64,000 bases of DNA from Candidatus Nanopelagicales bacterium (GTDB lineage Bacteria > Actinomycetota > Actinomycetes > S36-B12 > GCA-2699445): assembly GCA_037045355.1 (NCBI GenBank), contig JBAOHO010000008.1, forward strand, positions 105,331 through 169,330, given 5' to 3'. Made by a program: the position numbers and the translations under genes. The stretch's first letter is position 1, and the number at the start of each line of letters is the position of its first letter. Of the stretch, positions 58,013 to 64,000 are shown piece after piece. The notes beneath the pieces are model-generated. The model saw only the letters and a program-made list of their open reading frames with translations. It searched no databases and was not told where the DNA came from.

Positions 58013-58960
58013 ATGAGCAGTTCCACCCTCGACGTGGTCCGGGAGGGCGGCGGTTCGCCGCCGTCCTTCCGGCAATCGTCGCCCCGCTACGGGGAGAGAG
58101 TTATCGGCTTTGTGCTGATGGCCGCGGCGGCCGTATCCGTGCTCACCACGGTGGGGATCATCTACTCGCTGCTCATCCCCACGATCGAGTTCTTCCAGAC
58201 CGTCCCGGTCACCGACTTCCTGTTCGGCACCCAGTGGTCACCGCTGTTCGCCGATCCTGAGTTCGGTGTCCTGCCTCTGGTCTCGGGGACCTTGATCATT
58301 ACTGGCATCGCGTGCCTCGTCGCGCTGCCCCTCGGACTGCTGTCCGCGATCTACCTTTCGGAGTACGCCAAGCCCAAGACTCGAGCGTCGATCAAACCGA
58401 CGCTGGAGATCCTGGCCGGCGTCCCCACTGTGATCTTCGGCTTCTTCGCCCTCGAGTTCGTGACGCAGGTGGTGTTGAAGCCGCTGTTTCCGGATATCCA
58501 GGTGTTCAACGCCCTGTCCGCCGGACTCGTGATGGGCGTCATGATCATTCCCACCGTGGCCTCCCTGTCAGAGGACGCCATGGCGGCTGTGCCCCGCGGG
58601 CTGCGCGAGGGCGGCTACGCGCTGGGTTCCACAAAACGACAGGTGGCACTCAAAGTCGTTGTGCCTGCTGCCCTTTCGGGCATCGTGGCAGCATTCGTGC
58701 TCGCCATTTCGCGTGCCATCGGTGAGACGATGATCGTGGCTGTGGCCGCCGGATTGCAGCCCAACCTGAGTCTGAATGTCCTGGAGGGCATGCAGACAAT
58801 GACCTCGTTCATCGCAGCCGCAGGATCCGGCGACCAGCCGACCGGATCAATCGGCTACCAGACCATCTTCGCCGTCGGCAGTCTGCTGTTCGTGATGACT
58901 TTCATCATGAACATGTTCAGCATCCGCCTGGTGCGCAAATACCGGGAGGTGTACGAATGA
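58013..58960 (+). CDS. pstC: phosphate ABC transporter permease PstC
   Basis: 315 aa with 6 TM helices and the EAA loop [25 protein letters not shown]. Confidence 0.9.
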   Translation: MSSSTLDVVREGGGSPPSFRQSSPRYGERVIGFVLMAAAAVSVLTTVGIIYSLLIPTIEFFQTVPVTDFLFGTQWSPLFADPEFGVLPLVSGTLIITGIACLVALPLGLLSAIYLSEYAKPKTRASIKPTLEILAGVPTVIFGFFALEFVTQVVLKPLFPDIQVFNALSAGLVMGVMIIPTVASLSEDAMAAVPRGLREGGYALGSTKRQVALKVVVPAALSGIVAAFVLAISRAIGETMIVAVAAGLQPNLSLNVLEGMQTMTSFIAAAGSGDQPTGSIGYQTIFAVGSLLFVMTFIMNMFSIRLVRKYREVYE

Positions 58961-59868
58961 GCCAGGCCCATTCGCTCGACGACATCAAGCCGTTGGAGAT
59001 CGAGTCCGGGGCTCTGCAGTCCCAACGCAGCGACCTGCCCGAGAAATCGTTCCGCTGGGGACTCTTCGCCGCCCTTGCCGTGGCCCTGATCACGTTGGCG
59101 GTGCTGCTGATCTTCATCGTCACCGAGGGGTGGCCGCGCTTCAATCTGCAGCTCTTCACGAACATGCCGTCGATCCGCTTGCCGGAGATCGCGGGAGCTC
59201 AATCGGCAATCACAGGATCGATCTGGGTGATTGTCACGACCGGATTCATCTCCCTCCCGGTGGGCATCCTGGCGGCCATCTACCTCGAGGAGTACGGCAA
59301 CCCGCTCAGCCGCTTCTACCGGCTCGTCGAAATCAATATCCAGAACTTGGCAGCCGTGCCGTCCATCGTCTACGGCATCCTCGGGCTCGGCGTGATCGCG
59401 CGTGCCCTCGCCCTCGGCCAGACGGTCATCACAGCGGCCCTGACACTGTCGCTGCTGATCCTGCCGGTCATCATCATCTCCACCCGGGAGGCGATCCGGG
59501 CGGTGCCGCAGTCCATCCGGTTCGGATCGATGGCGCTGGGTGCCACCAAATGGCAGACCATCTGGAAACAGGTCCTGCAGGTGGCCACTCCCGGAACCGC
59601 GACGGGCGCCATCCTGGCGCTTTCTCGGGCCATCGGCGAGGCGGCACCTCTGCTGCTCCTCGGGGCCGTCACGTTCATCACGTTCAACCCCAACGGCCTG
59701 CTCAGTTCCTACACCGTGATGCCGATCCAGATCTACAACTGGATCTCACAGTCCCGCGATGAGTTCCATGTCCTCGCGGCCGCGCTGTGCATCGTCTTGC
59801 TCATGCTCCTGCTGGTCCTCAACGGTCTGGCGATCTTCCTGCGCAACAAGTACCAGAAGAGATGGTGA
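58957..59868 (+). CDS. pstA: phosphate ABC transporter permease PstA
   Basis: 303 aa with the loop [24 protein letters not shown]. It overlaps the pstC stop. Confidence 0.9.
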   Translation: MSQAHSLDDIKPLEIESGALQSQRSDLPEKSFRWGLFAALAVALITLAVLLIFIVTEGWPRFNLQLFTNMPSIRLPEIAGAQSAITGSIWVIVTTGFISLPVGILAAIYLEEYGNPLSRFYRLVEINIQNLAAVPSIVYGILGLGVIARALALGQTVITAALTLSLLILPVIIISTREAIRAVPQSIRFGSMALGATKWQTIWKQVLQVATPGTATGAILALSRAIGEAAPLLLLGAVTFITFNPNGLLSSYTVMPIQIYNWISQSRDEFHVLAAALCIVLLMLLLVLNGLAIFLRNKYQKRW

Positions 59869-59872
59869 CCTC

Positions 59873-60772
59873 ATGACCGCTGAAAACACTGTTGAACTCG
59901 ACTCAGAGCAAGGTGCGCCCGTGACGGATGGAACAGAGACCCGGCCAACACTGCCTCGGATCGCCATGCAGCAGCCGAAGCCGCGATCGGAGACCAGCGA
60001 GACCGTGGTCACGCTGCAGGATGTCGGTGTCTGGTACGGCGACTACCACGCCCTGCGCGGGGTCAATATGGAGGTGAACCGCAACGAGATCACCGCCTTG
60101 ATCGGACCTTCCGGATGCGGTAAGTCGACGTTGTTGCGTTCGATCAACCGGATGAACGACCTCATCCCCGGCGCCCGGGTGGGGGGCACAATCGAGGTTC
60201 ATGGCACTGACATCTACGGCTCCGATGTCGACCCCGTCGAGGTGCGTCGGCACATCGGAATGGTGTTCCAGAAGCCCAACCCGTTCCCGAAGTCCATCTA
60301 CGACAACATCGCCTACGGGCCGCGAGTCCTCGGGCAGAAGAAGAATCTGGACGACATTGTCGAGGAGTCCCTCACTCGAGCTGTTCTGTGGGACGAGGTC
60401 AAGGACAAACTCAAGACCAGCGGCCTGTCTCTGTCCGGAGGCCAGCAACAGCGTCTGTGCATCGCCCGGTGCATCGCAGTGCGCCCGCAGGTGATCCTCA
60501 TGGACGAACCGTGCGCATCGCTCGACCCCATCGCCACCTTGAAGATCGAGGACCTCATGCAGGAACTCGCCGACGACTACACGATCATCATCGTCACGCA
60601 CAACATGCAGCAGGCAGCTCGCGTCTCCGACCGCACCGCGTTCTTCACGGCCAAACTGGACGAGCATGGCGAACGGTTCGGCGAACTCGTCGAGTACGAC
60701 CTCACCCACTCGATCTTCACGCAGCCGAAGGATCAGCGCACTGAGGACTACGTCTCGGGCCGATACGGCTGA
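59873..60772 (+). CDS. pstB: phosphate ABC transporter ATP-binding protein PstB
   Basis: Contains [25 protein letters not shown], and [12 protein letters not shown]. The ATG at 59873 lies 4 nt after pstA. An alternative ATG at 59966 would give a more typical length. Confidence 0.9.
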   Translation: MTAENTVELDSEQGAPVTDGTETRPTLPRIAMQQPKPRSETSETVVTLQDVGVWYGDYHALRGVNMEVNRNEITALIGPSGCGKSTLLRSINRMNDLIPGARVGGTIEVHGTDIYGSDVDPVEVRRHIGMVFQKPNPFPKSIYDNIAYGPRVLGQKKNLDDIVEESLTRAVLWDEVKDKLKTSGLSLSGGQQQRLCIARCIAVRPQVILMDEPCASLDPIATLKIEDLMQELADDYTIIIVTHNMQQAARVSDRTAFFTAKLDEHGERFGELVEYDLTHSIFTQPKDQRTEDYVSGRYG

Positions 60773-60786
60773 GCCTTTCCCGCCGA

Positions 60787-60810
60787 CCCGTGCCCATCAG
60801 CGGGCACGGG
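60787..60810. terminator. bidirectional terminator hairpin between convergent pstB and the NUDIX gene
   Basis: CCCGTGCCC (60787-60795) and GGGCACGGG (60802-60810) form a perfect 9-bp stem with a 6-nt loop. Confidence 0.5.
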
Positions 60811-60815
60811 CAGGT

Positions 60816-61718
60816 TCAGAGTTCTTGTCGTTCCGCTGCCTCGATGCGCCACTGGCCCTTGCCGGTGAAAGAGCGGTGGACGACGACGAATCCCCCGGGG
60901 GGGAGCGGCGCCCGGAACGCCGAAGCGGCCTTCTTGTCCGCCTCCCGCGCGAGTGGCGCCATGATGTCGGGCAGCACCGGGCGGTGGGAACAGACCGACA
61001 GGGCGGCCTTGGTGTCGGCCAGCGACAGCAGTCGGTTGACGGCGGCCTTGGGTTTGTCGTCGAAGCCGGTCTCGCTGAACAGCGGCTCCTGTTCGACCGT
61101 GACCTTCTCCGCAGCGGCGTACGGTTTCACAGTCTGCAGGCAGCGAACGGCGTCCGATGAGTGAATCCGCCTGATGCCGAAGGCGGCAAGCAGGGGGATC
61201 AGCGCCTGCGCTTGGCTGCGACCTTTCCCCGTCAGTGGTCGGTCTCGGTCGTCCTTGCCCGAGAAGTCCGACCGCTTGGTCGCCACAGCGTGACGCAGGT
61301 AGACGAGAGGCTGCGTGGGCGGCAGAGCGAGAGCCCGTTTGACCAGATCGAAGTCGCGCTTGTAGGTCAACAGAGATCGGGCCTGAGAGGCGGTCACCCA
61401 GCGGATGTCATCGATCTCGGAATCCGGGGAGAAGCCGTGGTCCTTGCCAGGGGAGGCGACCCAGTAGTCGACGGTCTTGGGTCGTCCCATGGCTTGGTAG
61501 GACTGACGGCCCAGCGGAACCCCCAGAATGGGCACGATCCCGGTCTCTTCGTCACATTCCCGGACAGCCGCGGCCACCACATGCTCGCCGCGGTCGAGTT
61601 TCCCCTTGGGTAGGGACCAGTCCTTGCGCCGGGGGCGATGCACGAGCAGGACCTTGGGTCCGCGCGGTCCCGGGCGCAGCATCACCACGCCCGCAGCGCG
61701 GACAACAGACTCGGCCAT
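60816..61718 (-). CDS. mutT1: bifunctional NUDIX hydrolase / histidine-phosphatase protein (MutT1-like)
   Basis: Contains the NUDIX box GKLDRGEHVVAAAVRECDEETG, then the RHAVATKR histidine-phosphatase RHG-type motif. The ATG at 61718 overlaps the upstream stop. Confidence 0.8.
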   Translation of the reverse strand: MAESVVRAAGVVMLRPGPRGPKVLLVHRPRRKDWSLPKGKLDRGEHVVAAAVRECDEETGIVPILGVPLGRQSYQAMGRPKTVDYWVASPGKDHGFSPDSEIDDIRWVTASQARSLLTYKRDFDLVKRALALPPTQPLVYLRHAVATKRSDFSGKDDRDRPLTGKGRSQAQALIPLLAAFGIRRIHSSDAVRCLQTVKPYAAAEKVTVEQEPLFSETGFDDKPKAAVNRLLSLADTKAALSVCSHRPVLPDIMAPLAREADKKAASAFRAPLPPGGFVVVHRSFTGKGQWRIEAAERQEL

Positions 61719-63262
61719 CAGGCGAGCACGGTCTCGGCGTGGACCTTGGCGATCTTCGGCCACATCCGCTGGAACTCCCGACGCAGTCGCATCTCGTAGT
61801 CGACCTCGAGACCGAACAGCAGCCCCAGCGCGAACCCGGTGGGGGCGTCGACATCGGGCTCCGTGGCCAGCGATTTCAGGGTCATCTGGGCAACGTGCGC
61901 GTCTTGATGGTCCCCGAGGATCTCGGTGACCTGCTCCAATACCTTGACCAGTTCTTTGGCGGGCCGGCCGAACACCGGCTCCACTGCCTCGGCGGCATAC
62001 CGCGCCTTCTTGGCGGCGATCCGGGTCTCGTGCCAGGGGGCCGCGGGGCTGTCCAAGTGCAACTCCGCGACATCTTTGGCGAGGCGCCGCCACGTCTTGT
62101 CGACGAGCGGCGGGAGGGCCTCGTCGCAACTGCGGTCCGCTGCCTTGGTCAGGTGGGGCTCGTTCGCGGCCTCGACCAGATCCTCCAGCAGTCGCAGGTG
62201 GCGCTTGCTGCGCAGAGCCGCGAGCGCGTGCGCGCGGGCATCGACGATGCGGGAGTTCAGGGCCTTGTCGACTGCGGTCTGGGCCAGGTCCGCTTCGTCC
62301 GGGGGCAGGTCGGCTGCCCGTTCATCCAACCGCTCGATCATGACTTCGGTGTCGCGGACGGCGCCGAGTTCGCCCGCGATCCAGCCGAGTTCGTCACGCA
62401 GGTGGCGCGCCCATTTGTCGTCCACCAGCGGGCCGAACCCGCGTAGCCCACTGCGGATCCGTCGTGCCGCCACCCGCATCTGATGAACCGAGTCCGGCAG
62501 ATTGCGCCGCACCCGAACGTCCTGCAAGAGGAACCGCCGGATGTGCTTGGTCAGATGAGCGCGCACCGCGTCCCCGGCGGGGTCACCCGGTCCTACCCCC
62601 TGCGCTTCGACAACGTCAGGTGGTGCCGAGGCGCGGGGACCCACCGCGGTGGCCGCCTTGGACGCCGTGCCCGGGATGGCCCCCGCGGCCTGCAGAGCCT
62701 CGACCACGGCGGGCAGCAGGGCCCCCTTGGCGGCCTCCGGCGTGATGGCCTCCACCTCGATCTCCCGGAAGCGGGCAGCGACATGTTTGCCGTCCAGGAT
62801 GCTGACGGTGTCGTCGACGAGCTCCAGCACGGGAACTCCCGAATCGTCGCTGATCAGATAAGGGGTCCGTTCGGTGCGAAGGGTCGCGACCGGGGTCAGG
62901 AACTGTTCGCGTGTCAACGCCGTGAGGGTGTCCCGGATGGCCTCGGGCACATCCCCCACACCGCCCTCCGACAAGGGAAGTCGAACCTCATCACGCACGC
63001 CCTCACCCTCGCCGGGCACCGGGAACTTCACGTGCCAGCCGGCATCGTCGCCCCCCTCTCGTCGACGCAGGGTGATGCCCCAGCGGAACAGCCGGAGATC
63101 CTCCGTGTCGTGGTAGACCGCCGTCAGAGTGCGAGTGGGTTCGGCGCGGATCTCGCGGATCCCCTCGATGCCGTCGAGGGGCGGCAGGCGGAATAGCGCA
63201 TGGACCCGCAGTTTCTTCTCGACCTCGCGATGAGTGGTCGGGCTCTGGCGCGTTTCCGTCAT
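61718..63262 (-). CDS. CYTH-domain and CHAD-domain protein
   Basis: N-terminal EVEKKLRV and REIEVEA (CYTH), and C-terminal VHQMRVAARRIRSGLRGF with repeated helical CHAD motifs. Confidence 0.8.
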   Translation of the reverse strand: MTETRQSPTTHREVEKKLRVHALFRLPPLDGIEGIREIRAEPTRTLTAVYHDTEDLRLFRWGITLRRREGGDDAGWHVKFPVPGEGEGVRDEVRLPLSEGGVGDVPEAIRDTLTALTREQFLTPVATLRTERTPYLISDDSGVPVLELVDDTVSILDGKHVAARFREIEVEAITPEAAKGALLPAVVEALQAAGAIPGTASKAATAVGPRASAPPDVVEAQGVGPGDPAGDAVRAHLTKHIRRFLLQDVRVRRNLPDSVHQMRVAARRIRSGLRGFGPLVDDKWARHLRDELGWIAGELGAVRDTEVMIERLDERAADLPPDEADLAQTAVDKALNSRIVDARAHALAALRSKRHLRLLEDLVEAANEPHLTKAADRSCDEALPPLVDKTWRRLAKDVAELHLDSPAAPWHETRIAAKKARYAAEAVEPVFGRPAKELVKVLEQVTEILGDHQDAHVAQMTLKSLATEPDVDAPTGFALGLLFGLEVDYEMRLRREFQRMWPKIAKVHAETVLA

Positions 63263-63264
63263 CC

Positions 63265-64000
63265 TCAGGCTCCCCGGCGGCTGCTTTGCAGCTTGATCAC
63301 GGTGTCTTGGTAGTCGACGAGGTCGTGACCCTCTTCATCGACGATGCGGCGGGTCCAGGTTCCGTCGGCATCGAGGTCCCATCCTGACGTGCCCGGGTCG
63401 AAGGCAAGATCGAACAACCTGGCGACCTCCGTGATGTGCTCGGGGGTCTCGAGCCGAACCAGAGTCTCCACGCGACGGTCGAGGTTGCGGTGCATGAGGT
63501 CGGCGGATCCGATCCAGGTCTCGGTGTCACCGCCGTTGGTGAACTCGTAGGCCCGGGAGTGCTCGAGGAACTTGCCCAGAATGCTGAGCACCCGGAAGTT
63601 GCCATCGGTGCCCGGGATACCGGGCCGCGCCGCGCAGATTCCGCGGACGAAGATGTCCACAGGTACGCCGGCCTGCGCCGCTCGATAGAGCGAGTCGATC
63701 AGCCGTTCGTCGACGATCGAGTTGCACTTGAAGCGGATTCGCGCGGGACGGCCTTCTCGGTGATGGTCGATCTCGCGTTCGATGCGGTCCATGAGGCCGG
63801 AGCGGATCGAGCGCGGGGCGACCAGCAAGCGGTCGTAGGTGGTGTTCATCGAGTATCCGGACAGGACGTTGAACAGCCGACTGACGTCTTCGCCGACCAC
63901 CGGGTCGGTGGTCAGCAACCCGAAGTCCTCGTACAGACGGGCGGTCTTCGGGTGGTAGTTGCCGGTGCCGATGTGACAGTAGCGACGCAGGACATCGCCG
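63265..64000 (-). CDS. ppk1: polyphosphate kinase 1, C-terminal part (gene runs off the window edge)
   Basis: Contains [45 protein letters not shown], and [10 protein letters not shown] (the PLD-like C2 domain). The frame remains open to position 64000. Confidence 0.88.
   Translation of the reverse strand, partial: GDVLRRYCHIGTGNYHPKTARLYEDFGLLTTDPVVGEDVSRLFNVLSGYSMNTTYDRLLVAPRSIRSGLMDRIEREIDHHREGRPARIRFKCNSIVDERLIDSLYRAAQAGVPVDIFVRGICAARPGIPGTDGNFRVLSILGKFLEHSRAYEFTNGGDTETWIGSADLMHRNLDRRVETLVRLETPEHITEVARLFDLAFDPGTSGWDLDADGTWTRRIVDEEGHDLVDYQDTVIKLQSSRRGA

Noticed and set aside
1-64000. Mobile elements, prophage, defence islands, rRNA/tRNA genes
   Set aside because: I saw no transposase, integrase, recombinase, Cas, restriction-modification or toxin-antitoxin signatures among the ORF translations. 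I also saw no tRNA- or rRNA-like sequence in the intergenic regions on inspection. A tRNAscan/Infernal run would be needed to be certain.

Overview
High-G+C actinobacterial chromosomal segment with third codon positions overwhelmingly G/C. The backbone matches the Mycobacterium-type conserved cofactor region: ftsH-folE-folP-folB-folK-DUF3180 ... ydbS/ydbT-like-DUF2520-panC ... coaX-lysS ... lsr2. After it come glgA(glgM-type)/glgC, a Cu P-type ATPase, a TerC gene behind a probable Mn2+ riboswitch, and a phosphate/polyphosphate cluster: pstSCAB with PHO-box repeats, convergent with ppk1, CYTH-CHAD and NUDIX-His-phosphatase genes. I support about 60 protein-coding genes. I found no rRNA, tRNA, CRISPR array, transposase, integrase or recognisable defence system. 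The most unusual content is as follows. (1) Two adjacent secreted enzymes share a nucleotide-identical signal/CBM2-PT-CBM2 module. One carries a GH18 chitinase domain. The other carries an unassigned ~400-aa domain with faint lysozyme/lytic-transglycosylase-like motifs, and this copy is broken by two 1-nt insertions in its linker. (2) Short (17-20 nt) tandem repeat arrays recur at or just after gene 3' ends (typA, folE, folK, the osmoprotectant binding protein, and the LOG-family gene). One is an iteron-like array of GGGATCCC palindromes between folE and folP. (3) Foreign-looking genes interrupt the folate operon. (4) In an osmoprotectant ABC locus the ATPase gene is inverted, so its ATG lies 2 bp from the permease ATG on a CATGCATG palindrome. 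(5) Several genes have conserved N-termini that lie out of frame or lack a start codon (prpE-like, ydbS-like, SDR, DUF2510 protein). This indicates either indel errors in the assembly or real gene decay. All functional calls come from motifs read by eye. No database search was run.
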